NCBI GenBank assembly: GCA_951406725.2
Contig: OX597818.1
Span: forward strand, 28,644,001-28,708,000
Source of the DNA: Octopus vulgaris
Lineage: Eukaryota
Direction: 5' to 3'
Length of the DNA: 64,000 bases
Shown here: positions 13,030-26,290 of the stretch, piece by piece
How positions within the stretch are numbered: position 1 is the stretch's first letter
Layout: every line of letters begins with the position of its first letter
Translations under genes and position numbers: made by a program
The notes under the pieces: generated by a model
Seen by the model: the letters and a program-made list of their open reading frames with translations, nothing else
Database searches by the model: none
Told to the model about the DNA's origin: nothing

Positions 13030-13985
13030 AAGCCTCAAAATCACAGTCATGACCGATTTGTTAAAAGTCAATTTTAAGATGTTTCCCGAGATCTAAACTT
13101 TCACTCTAATAAACCATATCATAAACGCAACAAGAAACTTAACTGCACTCACAAACAGTTTCGCTACCAGGTTCAGAAACCTGATAGCTAAACATTAATA
13201 GCAGGATATTCAACCTCTCTCCTCTAAAGAGATTTTTAATGAGCCTCTTACTATGAAAATGTCCTAGGTAATGGTAGCTTCAAAGATAATTTATATTACA
13301 ACTTTTCTAGTAATAATACGAATAATAAAAATGCACCTTAGAATAGGAAATTAATTTAGTTTACCCTCACTCTCCCAAAATGTTAAAGCTAATTTAGTTT
13401 TAAAATTCTTCTCTCTCTCTTAGATAAGCGTTTCCCAGAAAATCACAAGTACAGAAATATCTTTAACAGGCAAATGAATTATCATAAAGCTGCTGCCCCC
13501 AATATAAAGAGCATCATCATCCATAACCACCACCAGTTGTAACTGCTGAGACTCTGAAGCTTGTCCATTCATTGTCCACTCAACTAGGGGCGCACAATAA
13601 ACTTCATCTTATATGAAGCAGAAATTACAGTTACACTATATGATAACATAACCAAAAAGAAGAATTACATCAGGTTGTATAAAGGCAACTTCAAAAAATG
13701 CCACACTGAACACCTATGTTTTTCCGGCACATGGACAAAACTAAAGCTGCTAAGTCAGCTAGCCATATACGGGTTTTAAGACACACTCCACACCACATAC
13801 AATCGAGTGGAAAACTATAGAAAAATCCATGTCATGTGTTAATGGATAAAACAAATACAAATTATGCAGTTTTGCACATCCTTTTTAGATCTAAAACTTC
13901 CACAACACTGATGAATTCCGGATCAGAAATTTTCAGCAAATGTAAACATATGGCAAAGTTTCTTTTGGCAAACTGGAGAATACCA
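13030..13985 (+). mobile_element. Decayed Penelope-like element (RT thumb/linker plus GIY-YIG endonuclease remnant)
   Basis: Fragments read LDKRFPENHKYRNIFNR, C-N-C-*-DSEA-C-P (CxCx5C), YEAEIT, NYIRLYKGNFK and terminal LMNSGSEIFSKCKHMAKFLLANW. Confidence 0.75.
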
Positions 13986-14699
13986 ACCTCACCAGACAGA
14001 GAAGCTGTTTTGCACACTTTAGACCCCTTCCCTTGATTCTGCCTCATCTAGCCTTATGATTCTACAGTCAAAGGGGATGTAACTAATTCTTTTTTACCTT
14101 TCTTTTTCCATTTTTTTCACCAAACATAGGCATACTTTAAAACTTGACTAGATAATATCTTCAGTATATAAAACTATATACTGCGTACATTAAACAACAT
14201 ACATATATATATTATATATATATATATATGATATATATATACAATAACATAGTTATCGAACTTTCTTTCTTCCTGCGTTGACCTTTTTAACGTTTATTTT
14301 CTTTAAACTATATATGTTTGTGCGTGCAAGTGTGTGTGAGTGTAGACTCACTATATTTTTTAGATTGAAACCAGGATTATAGGAACTGAAACTTGGAACA
14401 GTGGAAATACCATGAATGATGAAGAGTTACAGCATATGGGATGGGTGTTAAAGAAGAGTGCGCCATCTGGAGGACTTTTCACTGCAACTGTATTAACATA
14501 ACTGCCTATTTTGTTCTTATATGAAGGCAATTCCTAGCAAGTACGCAAGTGATACATGTGAACTGGTAAGATGTATGATTGATCTTTCTCACTTAGAAGG
14601 TTTAACAGCTGGGTAAGAGACAAAGAGATAGGAATCAGATGTACAAAGCAGCTAGTTCTTTACCTGATAGAATAAGTGTATACAATTATCTGTTTCTAT

Positions 14700-16310
14700 T
14701 GACAAGTAACATCTTATTCAACTGCCGAGTGCTTTTGGAAATATTTTCATAAGAAATTTGATATTTTAAATTTTATCAAAATTATCTGAGCAGCTTAGGT
14801 GGGTGTTTAATTTAGTAATTAGAAAACCACTGACTTTAACTTACACCACTTTTCTGACCACATATGTACAGGTGCAAAAGTACTACGTAGATAGTGAATG
14901 AATACTACAGCACTAAGATTTTCTCTTAGCAATGAGCAAATAATTTGGCCACTATTTTACATACGTAAAGTTTTGTGTAGTCCAAACTTCTACTTTAGAA
15001 GCTCAAAGACTTTGCAATAACAGCCACATCAAATAACTGACCAATGTTTACTACTTGCTTTTCAATCCTTTGATTTTAACTGTAGACTGTTGAACAATTG
15101 GCCAAAATATCTAACCACAACAGTCTTCTGCTGGTTTAAAGTTCTCTTTCCAAAGGTTAGGTATGGGAGACATCTTTCATAAACCCTTTTACACTCTTTC
15201 TTCACTTTTCCAATGCTTTTCTTATTTTTTGTCCTGTTTTTTTCTGCAAAACCTTTCCATCTTGAGGTACAAATTCAGAGTTTTTTCTCCTGCTACTTAG
15301 TATTGTACTCCAGTTTCTTGAAAAAATTGAGCTATCCATATTCAAACTAGAAACATATCTTTCTGTTTTACCAGTCCCAGCAAATTCTTGGGAACAAAAG
15401 TAAAACTTCCTGCTAGAACAAATGTGAAGAATTATTTCAACTGCTGATATATTACCATGTTGTATTAAGTTTTTGTATTCCACACTGGCGAAGTCACAGA
15501 ATTCTTTTAGAGACATTAAATGACTTGTATATATAAGAAAATATTTTAATATTTTCATGAGTTATTTGATATTAATTGGCATGAAGTTGTGCACAATATG
15601 TACACCTCAGCTTCATTTAATGCCAACATAGCACCTTCCAAATTTTGCATAAAAATTTACAGGTTCACATTTTGTCAGGACTAGCTACAACTTTGGCTAA
15701 AATGTGTGGAGATCATCTTTCATAAGCAGTTAGATGTTTTGAAATTCAAGTCATGCGAAACAGAATGAAAAGCAAAATTAACTTCTTTAGCAGCCACTTT
15801 TAGTGAGATACTTGCAAGACAAATTAAATCAAACAAGCTTTGCAGTGTTTCTGCCTTTCTCATGGAAAATGTATGTAATATAAGGCCTAATTTTAACAAT
15901 TATAAATATTTGAACATGTCATAGTTCAGAGAATGCCATTGTTTGTCTCAACACAAGATTCTCAGTCACTAGTTAGTTTCTCCAGGGACAATCTGGTTTT
16001 CCAATGGTCATCTGTTTCCTTCTTTTTTGAAACTGAGGGAACAATTCTAAATATTTGGACTTTTTCCATGTGTATGAATGAAGTACAAGATTTTAATTTC
16101 GAGTCTCAACTGGATTCCTACTACAAGTGTTTCATTAGGGTTTAGTAAGACTAATTAGCACCAATGTCTTGCACCTTTCTGTCAAATAATAAAGATAGTA
16201 ACAAATAAATATTTCAAGATTATTAAAAACTGGGACAGACTTTCAAATTCGCTGGAAAGCCAGAACAAGGAGTTAAAATAGGACAATTTAGGCCAAACCA
16301 GGATATACAA
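14700..16310 (-). mobile_element. Decayed hAT-superfamily transposase remnant (Blackjack-like)
   Basis: Minus-strand fragments read FAFHSVSHDL, xHIVHN and SLKEFCDFASVEYKNLIQHGN (ORF 15202..15558). GGGACA/GGACA-type subterminal motifs occur near 16230-16290. Confidence 0.5.
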
Positions 16311-16339
16311 CAAATAAATATTGTCTACAAATATATGAA

Positions 16340-16580
16340 GCATTTCATCATCATTTTAATGTCCACATTTCCATGCTAACATGAGTGAGAAAGAATTCAC
16401 CAAGACAGATCTTCTCTGATTGGATTGCCCCCTTTTGCCCAACCTTCCCTTGATTCCAAGAATGTTATGTTTTCTGCATGACAGGACATGTTTTTATGGA
16501 TGATTGGAAATGAGCAACACCAAATGTATGATTGTGACACATTCATGAGTATTGTGCAAGGTCAAGACAAGGAGACACGC
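16340..16580 (-). mobile_element. Decayed RTE-type 3' tail or RTE-related SINE
   Basis: catcatcattttaatgtccacatttccatgctaacatg is the reverse complement of the RTE tail. Confidence 0.55.
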
Positions 16581-16619
16581 ACACACACTAATCACAGTGT
16601 ATAGTTTATATATCCCTAC

Positions 16620-16775
16620 ACATTTTTTCTCTCTCCATTTTCTTCCTCTCAATCTTTTCTGTCAAAGAGCATAAGCTTGAAATATCAAAGACTTTTCCAT
16701 TCTTCCTGAGCGTTGAATTCATACATATACTTGTTGTTCCCTCACCTGTCTTCCTCTTTTGTTTTCTGTAAATTT
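16620..16775 (+). mobile_element. Second copy of the hammerhead-bearing short repeat (PLE pseudo-LTR-like)
   Basis: Aligns to the reverse complement of 1311-1475. CpG-decayed motif TTTT-CTGTCAA-A-GAGC-ataa-GCTT-GAAA-TATC-AAAG. Confidence 0.5.
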
Positions 16776-16952
16776 GAAATATTATATATCCATCGTGGCC
16801 AATCTTACAAATTGGTTTTGCATATATAAACATATATAACAGGTTGAGTAAAAAATAAGCAACATTTTGAACCATGAAGATTTTGTACTGGATTTTTGTA
16901 GAGTTTTCAATTTTTTTAAACATTTTTTTGCAATTGTCTGATTATAGACACA

Positions 16953-18354
16953 CAGGGGTTGAACAAAATAATGGAAACACCTAGCATGATAGCATTGTAA
17001 TTTTGAAATATCTATAAAACCAGCATAAGCTTGTTTATATTTGTTTGTTTTTTATTTATTTATTACTAGCAGTATTGCCCGGCGTTGCTCGGGTTTGTTT
17101 CGACCCGCTGGAATTGTAATTTTGAAAAGTAAAACTTTTGTGAACATTTTTCTGGTCGAAATACACCGAAAAGTGGCGACACAGCAGTGAAAAAATCGTA
17201 AAAAATAGGGATTTTCATAGAAAAAAGCATCTTTTTGATGTAAATAATTTTTGGTGTTAACATGGTCCGATTTGAATTTTATGTTCTACAGAAGGAAGAG
17301 CAACCCTTCTTCTATCATACTCTCAATTTTGGTCAACTTGCGCCGCAGGGTCTCGGAGGAGATAGTGTTAGTTGAAGGTTACCAAACGTGGCGCACACAG
17401 ACAACTTTAGCTTTATATAGAGATAACACACACACATTAATACACATACATAGACACACACACACATGTATGTATGGATGTATATATGGGTACTTTTTTG
17501 AAATTGCAAATTATTTAGAATATAAAAATCTGGCTGCTATTTCTAGGTGCCTGAGTAACAACCTCGCGGATTTACAGATAAATGAATTAATTACTATTTT
17601 ACAGAATAAAATTAAATAATTCTTGAAAATTAATTAATATTAATATTTTTTGAACAAAGTAAATAATTTTTAAAACTTAAATAATAATTTTTTTTACACA
17701 AACGCGAACGGGGAAAAGGGGGTGGCGAATTCGATTTTTTTATTTTCGTTGAATGAATAGAAAAAATGTATAATATATGTTGTACATACCTAAATTTTTC
17801 TTTTTCATGACATTGTAGCAAAATAGTAGTGAATTATATAAATACCAGCAGTACATTTTTTTTTCTGGGGTATTTTTTTTCAACCTTGTCACATATTTGC
17901 CCCTTTCAATTTAAACAAAGTCTTAATTAAGCAATTACGGCAGCTTAGCAATGGTTTCAATACAGGCGTGACATCTGTATCTCAATTGTTCAAAACCCTT
18001 TGAATTTTTTCGCACGTGATGATATCATAGTGAAAACTTTCAATTACGCGTGCTTAGAAGTACGCTCACAAATTAATACTACCAAAATTTTGAAGTTCGC
18101 GCTCCACTTGTGTGTGTGTGTGTGTGCGTGCTTTAGGTGTACGTAGGTATGTGTTTTTGTGTGTGTGTGTCACTGAAGCATACATACATATATACATACA
18201 TAACCTCTCTCTCTCTTTTCTCTCTCAGTCACTCACTACAAAAAATGAATAAAAAAAGTTCAGTTATTTCTGTCTTTCACTCTCTCTGTCTCTTTACACA
18301 CACTAACAAAAGCACTTCACTTACACACCACACTTTCTGTGTCGCACAACCCAT

Positions 18355-18391
<37 letters not shown>

Positions 18392-20327
18392 GCACGCACG
18401 CACACATGTACATCAATGCTTTCGGAGTGAAATGTTAAAATATTGAGTTTTCTCGAATGTTGTCTTAATTGGGGGTGAAATTGAAAGAAATTTGTTATGG
18501 CATGACCGAATGGAGTACTTTGAAAAATCTTAGGTAAACTCTAATTGAAGAAATTGTGTGAGGAGTAAATCACTATGTATTTATTTGATTCTGTTTGCTG
18601 TGTTTTTTTATTTTTTGAGTAGTGGTTTAAGGTACACTTGCAAAGAGAAAGTGGGAGAAATTATGTTGATAGCATGAGTGATCCGTTTTATAGAAATACT
18701 TTCAGTTTAGTCTTCCTCAAATCACTCTGTCGCTATTTACTCTCTTCCAAGAACATTTTCACTCACTCTTATCTCTTAGCTTGCCATACATTTTACTCAT
18801 GTATCTATCAGCGTGATAGACAGAAACAAATATTACATCGCCATTGCATTCTATTGTCTACCTGTCAACACACACACAGTGAATTACTTTCACTTTATTC
18901 GTTGCACACTGTGTGTGTGCGTGTGCGTGTGGTGTAAACCACATTAAGAAAAGCATTTGACATACACACCAGAATGTGAGTTTTCTGTAAATTTTGCTTA
19001 ATTGGAGTTTAAATTTTAAAAACTGGACCTGGCATGACCCGATGCATTCTACTCTTAAAAATGGTAGGTAAATTGTAATTGAAGAAATCCTATATTGTAG
19101 ATTTCTATAACTGACAAAGGGAGGCAGATAAAATCTGCCTTTTATAATAAGAGATTAGTGTTGCTTGATATGTTTTGCTAAGATTGCTGTTTCTTTTCAG
19201 ATATCATCAGAAAAAGATAATTAAAATTCATTAAAATGACAGATCTATCCAACTTTCAAAGAGGTCAAATTGTTGGTGTTCATATGGCAGGTGGTAGCAT
19301 AACTAAAACAGCCAAAATGTTTAGTGTATCAAGAGGTACTGTCTCAAAAGTAATGACAGCCTTTGAGAAAGAGGGAAAAAAACCTCCTTGTCGAAACAAA
19401 ACTCCGGAAGAAAACCAAAACTTTCAAATAAGGGCTGACAGACTCTTATGCAAATTGTTAGAAAGGATCACAAAAGTACAGCTCCCAAAATTACTGCAGA
19501 GCGTAATGACCACCTTGAAAACCAACCCAGTTTCCACAAAAACTGTTCACTGGGAGCTGCGCAAAGCTGGATTTCACAGGAGGGCTGCAACCAGAAAGCC
19601 ACTACTTTCACAAACAAACATTGCAAAACGTATAGAGTGCAGTAAAAACCTACAGAATTGGTCCCTAGAGCTGTGAAAGAATGTTCTTCTCGCGGACGAG
19701 TCATCCTTTACGTTATTTCCAAACACCAGTCGAGTATATGTGTGGAGACAGCCCAAAAGAAGCATTTGACCCAGACTACCTTCTTCCAACTGTTAAACAT
19801 GGAAGAGGATCTGTGATGGTCTGTTGGGGCTGTAACTTGGAAATCGACCAGCCCAATGGTTCCCCTTTATAGCAGAATTAATAGTCAAGACTATTTAAGC
19901 ATTTTATCTGATCAAATTAATCCTATGGTTGCGGAACTGTTTCCGGAGCGAAATGCAACCTTTCAGGATGATAATGCACCAATTCACACAGCTAAAGTTG
20001 TTACTGAATGGCATGAGGAACAATCTAGTGAAGCTGAACATCTTATCTGGCCACCACAGTCTCCAGATCTCAATATTATTGAACATTTATGGTGCATTTT
20101 AGAAAAACAAGCAAGGAGTTGATATCCTCTACCATTATCACTACAAGAACTGAAGACTCTTTTAGCTGAAGAATGGACAAAATTTCCTTTGGAAACAATT
20201 CAAACATTGTATGAGTCTATACCTTGTAGAATTCAAGGTGTAATTACTGCCAAAGGTGGTCCTACCCCTTATTAAAATGAATTTGTTCGAAATTTTAAGG
20301 TGTTTCTATTATTTTGTTCAACCCCTG
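16953..20327 (+). mobile_element. Tc1 element (frameshifted transposase 19236-20272) interrupted by Helitron sequence
   Basis: TIRs CAGGGGTTGAACAAAATAATGGAAACACC and its reverse complement at 20299-20327, followed by TA. Protein fragments MTDLSNFQRGQIVG, PTVKHGRGSVMV, FQDDNAPIH and WPPQSPDLNIIEHLW. Confidence 0.93.
17066..19154 (-). mobile_element. Composite non-autonomous Helitron (outer 5' TC end at 19154, inner 5' end near 17423, single hairpin-CTAG 3' end)
   Basis: Inserted between A17065 and T19155. The minus-strand 3' end is cccgagcaacgccggg...CTAG. Internal ~130-bp direct repeats at about 18440-18570 and 18975-19105. Confidence 0.75.
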
Positions 20328-21499
20328 TAGACTTGCATTGATAAATTAACATTGATAGTATTTTCACTGTAGTTACAATCATCTGAAATGGAACTGTCAA
20401 AGCACGATAGTTAGTCGAACAATTTTGCTCTTCAACTTCAAAAAAAGGAAGTGAAGCAGCTGAAACTGTTAGCGATATCAACAAAACATTTGGTGTGGAA
20501 ATGACCAGTTCAAAAATGGTTTAAACAGTTTCACAGTGGAGATCTGAACCTTGAAGAATGTGAGCAGAGTGGATGCCCATCTATCATCGATGACGGTGAA
20601 TTAAAGACCATCCCTGAGAAAGATGCACGTAAAACCACTTTAGAATTGGCAAAAAGAACTTTGAGTTAGTCAGAAAACTAACTCCCATCATTTGCATGTG
20701 ATTGGAAAGTTAAAAAAGCTTGACAAATGCATACCACATGATTTGAACGAAAATCAAAAAATGCATAGATATGAAGTTTGATTCATCGCTTCTCTGTAAC
20801 CAGACCAATCTATTTCTTGACCGTATTTAACTTGTAATGAAAAGAGGATTCTGTACAATAATAAAAAAAAACGTTCTTTGCAGTGGTTGACCAAAATGAA
20901 GCACTGAAAACCTTACCCAAATCCGAGATCCTCAAAATGAAGGTTATGTTGACTATTTGGTGGTGTACTGTTGAACTCATCTACTATAAACCCAGAAAAA
21001 CCATTACTGCAGAAACAAACTGCCATAAAATTGTCAAAATGAATGATAAACTGCTATTCCTCCATCCCAGACTGGTCAACAGAAGAGGGCCAATCATTCT
21101 TCATGATAATGCTCAACCACACATTTTGCTAATGACACCCCAGAAGTTGAAGGAACTTCACTACGAAGTTCTTTCCCACCCAGCTTATTCCCCAGATCTT
21201 TCTCCTACAGACTACCACTTTTTCAAGCACCTCCCGCAAAAGGAGTTCAAAAATCAAACTGATGCTGAAAGTGCATTTCAAATAGTTTGTCAGCTCCAGA
21301 TTTTTATGTTACCAGAATAAATAAACTTGTAACTCATTGGCAAAAATGTGTTGACTATAATGGTACTTGTTTTGATGAATAAAACTTCTGCATTGTTGAA
21401 ACATATTGTGATGAATGTCATGTTTCAAAGCATTACTTATTTTTTACTCAGCCTGACAGATTTGATCAAATTTTGGTCTAGCGCTTAGTGTTTAGGCAC

Positions 21500-21546
21500 C
21501 TACTGCTGAAGATATGAGCATATGTCGAAATCACATGATATAGTAG
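21500..21546 (+). ncRNA. Hammerhead ribozyme-like motif (type I, degenerate stem II)
   Basis: CTACTG-CTGAAGA-tatgagcatatgtc-GAAA-TCA-ca-TGA-TA-TAGTAG gives a 6-bp stem I, both core boxes, a stem III and an AUA triplet. Confidence 0.55.
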
Positions 21547-21694
21547 TCTTAACACCAATGCTGATTAAATTTGTCTGCCATTATAATTTGTGCCTTTTTG
21601 TATTTAACACCTATACGAGAAGATTTCTCAGGAAAATATACTGCAGTTTATAGCATCAAATCATCTCATTCAAGTTAAGTTTGATGTACAAATT

Positions 21695-22055
21695 CATATG
21701 TGTGTGTATACATATATACACATGTAGATAAGCTGTATATATAGGTATACATATGTGTATGTGTAGATATGTATATATATATATATATGTGTGTGTGTAT
21801 GTATATATGTATGTGTGTATATAAATATAGAGAAATATGCATATATATATATATACATATATATATATGCACATATATTTCTCTTTCTCTCTACATATAT
21901 ATATACACACACATATATATACATACATACACACATATATACATACATATATGTATGCACACATACATATATACATGAATACATATATACACACAAACAT
22001 ATACAAATACATAGAAATATATGTGTGTGTGTGTGTCTATATATATATATATATG
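21695..22055. repeat. Compound TA/TG/CA microsatellite
   Basis: Read directly from the sequence. Confidence 0.9.
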
Positions 22056-22264
22056 GAGAGAGAAATATAAATGTAACTTTTTCAATGACAGTGCTATAAA
22101 TTGCAATTGACTCTCTGTAAGTCACAAACTTAGAGCTATCATGATCAATGTTAGCACAATGTAAGGGAGTTCTTGTTAGATTGCTGAAATGCTAAAATGA
22201 AGACATGTATATGTGTGCAAGAAGCATGATGGAGGGGACCCTCATCTAGATTGCTAGAGGGCAA

Positions 22265-22835
22265 GGAATCATCATCACTTTTTAATGTCCATTTTCTCTG
22301 CTGGCATACATTAGATAGATTAACCAGAGTTCATCACTATCATTTAAAGCCTGCTTTCCATGCTGGCATGGATTGGATGGTTTGACTGAAAACTAGTAAG
22401 CCAGGGAGCTGCACCAGGTTCTGATCTGATTTGGCAAGGTTTCTGCAGCTGGATGCCCTTCTTAATGCCAACCTCTCCAAGAGTATAGTGGCTGTTTTTT
22501 ACATGTCACCAGTGCAGGTGACTTTGGCCTGACACTGGCATTAGCCATGACTACAGTCTCACTTGGCTTGACTGGTCTACACAAGCAGAGTATATTGCCA
22601 AGGATCATAGTCACTTGTCACTGCCTCCATGAGGCCAACACTCAAACAGTGCTTTCTATGTGCCATCAGCATGGGTGTCAGTCAGACAGCATTGGCATTG
22701 GCCACAGCCATGAATTCACTCAGCATGACAGGTCTTCACAAGCACAACATATCCCCCAATGTTTGAAGACACTAGCAGGAGCCACAACTATAATCTCACT
22801 TGGTTCAAAGGGTCTTCTTAAGCACGGTATATCAC
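22265..22835 (-). mobile_element. RTE 3' UTR/tail in reverse orientation
   Basis: ctttccatgctggcatgg...cagctggatgcccttcttaatgccaac is the reverse complement of 61620-61770. Degenerate UTR repeats are present. Confidence 0.75.
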
Positions 22836-25800
22836 CAAAATTCTTCTGTGTAAGGAGTAGTGATGAGGTACATAGTGTAGGTACACTTTTGGCAGAAAAA
22901 TGGATGGATAAGGTGATCGAGGTACTCAGGAAGTGTGAGAAGGTTAACAGACTAAGACTAGCCATGTATAATGTGACAATGACATTTATCTCTGCATATA
23001 CTCCACACACTGGACAGACAATGAAGACAAGGACCATTTCTATGACTCCCTATATTAGATTACCTCAACAACAAAAGACAGTGGAATTATTAATCAAGGC
23101 TGATGACTTCAATGGACATTGGGAAGCATTCCAATGGATTTCATGGCATGCATAGAGGTTACAGCCTTAGTAGGTGAAATGAAGAGGGAACAAGGGTGTT
23201 GTAATGCAAATGACCTGTTGATCTGCAACACTAACTTCAGAAAACCAGCTAACCACCTATCAATCTAGTGGGCACATAAACCAGCTACATTCTCATGAGA
23301 AACAGGTAAAAGCAGATGCTAGTGAATGTGAAGTTCTCCCCTGGTGAAAACTGTGCAACTCCACATAGGTTAGTATTTAGTGACTTTAGAGATTAGAGCT
23401 AGACAGAGTCAGAGACTTAGTGATATTGTAACTGAAGCATTTGGTGAGAGGAGGAGACAGAGACATATTATGTAGAGGACAACTGGAAATTCTTACAGGA
23501 TAACCAACTGCAGGTGAGAGACAAAATCTGTACTGGGATGAAGCTTCATTAGACCAAGGATCATGTGGTGGTGGACAATGTGGTAGATAGGGCCATAAAG
23601 TAGAAGAGATGGGTTTGAAAAGGGTGGAGAAATGTAGGTAGTAAAGGACTATATCAGGTAGCTAGAAAGGAAGCTAGACAACAGAGGAGAGGCAGAAAGA
23701 AAAGGTTCATCAATGTCTTACAGCATGAGAATAAGAGGCATGAGGTGTTCTGGACTGCAAAATAGCGTATAAAAAACAATGTAGTTCTTGTGGGAGAGAA
23801 GTATGTGCAGATGGATAATGGCACACTTGCACTTAGTAATTAGATAAAGAAAGAGGCATGGAATGCTTTTAGAATGTGGAAAATACATGAAGAAGAGAGT
23901 ATCCCTACAATGACCCAACAAAGGGACCAGCTGTCCTAGTTGACAGCAGTATGATAGTTAAGGCAATTAAGGATATTAAGACAGGGGAGGTCCCTGGTAC
24001 ATCAGGAGTTATGGATATGATACTTAGATTACGTAGTGGAGTAAGATACAGTATAATCATCTATATAGTTAATCAGGTTACACAGGTAGGTATCATATTC
24101 AATGACTGGTGTAGCAACATTATAGCCAGCTATTAAAAGAGTAAAAGAGATGCTTTACAGAGGAATAATTACACAAATCTCAGATTACTGGACCAGGTCA
24201 TGAAAGATATGGAGAGAGTTATAGCCCAATAAGGAACAAAATTACAGCAGATGAGATGCAATTTGGCTTTGTGCTAGGGAGTACAACTGCAGCTATCTTC
24301 TTAGATAACTGTGGAAGAAGTATTTAGCAAAGAATAAACCATTATACTTGGCATCTGCTGACCTGGAAAAAGACTGACTGATTCTCTCATACTGTGATAG
24401 GGTGGTCTCTGGGAAAGCTAGGGGTAGATGAACAGCTTGTGAAAGCCATACAAGCTATGTACAGTAAAGTGTCAGTAAATTGAGAGTTATCCAGGAGATC
24501 AACAATGGATTTAGAGTACCGGTAAGATTTCACTAGAGCTTGGTTTTTAGTCCCCTCATATTTCATATATTGCACCCCCAGGCCATAGTAGAGACTGGAT
24601 CTCCCTGGGGAACTACTATAGGCTAATGGTCTCATTTCTCAGAGCAAGAATACAGAAAAAGACACTACTCCCTTCAGGTAAATGATCCTGCCTGACATGC
24701 AGGAAAGGTATAGGCAGGAATTCCATATAGTACACACAATACAGGTTATAGACACACAAGTGGAGCAGTGGAATCACAGGATGGTTAATGGAGAAGGCTT
24801 GTATGTGGAAGATACACAGTAGCCATAAACACAAAGAATATATAGGAAGTAGATTTTTGCAAATATCCCTGAAGCTTCCTGAAGGTAGTAGATAGTTACT
24901 ATTACTTAGATGACCTAATTAGCAGTGGTGGAGGCTGTTCTGAAAATATAGTTGCTAGAACAATAGGATGAAGAAAGTGCAGAGAGATACTGGTTCTGTT
25001 TGCAACAAAAGGTTGGTCTCTCTCTCTCTCTGAATGAAAAGTAGATTGTGTAATGCTTCCCTATGAACAACAACATTAAATGGTAGTGACATGTGGACTC
25101 TGAATATAGAGGACATGCAAAGACTAGAGAGGAATGAAACTAGTATGCTCCATTGGATGTGCAATGTCAGTTTTCATGTACAGCAAATTGGCATACAAGG
25201 AATCAAATGTAGCATGTAAAAGTGAAGACTGCACTGGTTTGGTTATGTGATGTATATGGATGAGAACAGTTGCATAAAGAAATGCTGGTTATTTAAAGTG
25301 GATGGAACTTGTTGAAAAGGGTGACATAGGAAGACAAAGAACTGAATGATTGGTGATTCATTATACTTGAGAAGATCCATCCATCACAGCAAATATAAGG
25401 TCCTAAGATCACTTTGGTTATGCTTGCTTATGTTGGGCACTGTCAAACATCCCCACATCTCAACTATTTACTCACCTGCTTCCCCAACATCAATCCCTCC
25501 TTGACACTATTACATCCCCTAACACTATGTATTGCCAATTATGGCCTTCCCTCAGTTTCCATCCTTCCTTCTAATTATTATCTCTTTCCACAAGCCTCTG
25601 TTCCCCAGCTCTTCTCTACCATATTTTACCTTAACACCCTTCATACTTGCTCTTATTCTCTCATGTTTGCACCACACCCACTCACTATAATCACCCTTAT
25701 GTATCTCTACATCCCTCTTCCCACTGCTCTTGTGCCTTGTTCATCATCCTCTACATTCTGATCCATTACCACTGGGTCACTTATTTCTCTCTCAACTTAC

Positions 25801-26290
25801 ACCCACTCCATAATGCTATTTCGCATTAAGCCACGCCTCCTCTCCACATCATTCCCTACATTCCCTCCTACACCCATCTCTAACCATCTCTTCCTTCCCT
25901 CCTGATCCACTACCCATATTATCTCTTTAGCACCTCATCACAACCATCTGTCACTCACCCATATCTAAATGTGGGGTAGCCATGCTTCTTTTCTATAGTA
26001 AGACACATTTGCTTGTTCCTGGTATAAAGTCACACAGGGCTGTTTTTCTTCTTCTCCTTTCTTGTTTTTTTTTGTCTTGCAAGTTACTTAGCAACTTCAA
26101 AACTGCCAGTGGCATGAAAAAGCATGCAGTACACACTGTAAAGTGGTTAGAGTTAGAAAGGGGGTATCCCGCCAGAGAAATGATCCCAAAGCTGAAACGG
26201 AGCATGATGCAGCCCTGCAACTCACTGGAGCCAGTCAAACTATCCAACCTCTACTAACATAGAAAACAGACATTAAATGTTGATGATCAT
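22836..26290 (+). mobile_element. Heavily decayed near-complete RTE LINE (APE endonuclease, RT, pyrimidine-rich 3' region, tail)
   Basis: LLAEKWMDKVIEV, ISAYTP, DFNGH, KAIKDIKTGEVPG and EMQFGFV are collinear with 58300-61100. There are many stops, and a tail at 26070-26290. Confidence 0.85.

Larger units (their letters stand above)
16839..21456 (+). mobile_element. Decayed mariner (Hsmar1/Mos1-like) element interrupted by a Tc1 insertion
   Basis: Left TIR caggttgagtaaaaaataagcaacattttg at 16840 matches the reverse complement of 21425-21455. The transposase remnant at 20340-21370 has KVMLTIWW, LHDNAQPH and HPAYSPDLSPTDYHFF. Confidence 0.85.

Noticed and set aside
13538-13570. In-frame TGA beside the CxC motif as a possible selenocysteine codon (reported for some Naiad PLEs)
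   Set aside because: The TGA aligns with Arg in CSCRD of the other PLE, so CGA>TGA decay is the simpler explanation. No SECIS was recognised by eye.
13905-13940. CTGATGA...GAAA hammerhead-like boxes
   Set aside because: They lie inside the PLE coding remnant (LMNSGSEIF), and no stem I or stem III pairing is available.
20883-21320. SETMAR-like host gene
   Set aside because: There is no SET domain. It is bounded by mariner TIRs and has multiple lesions.
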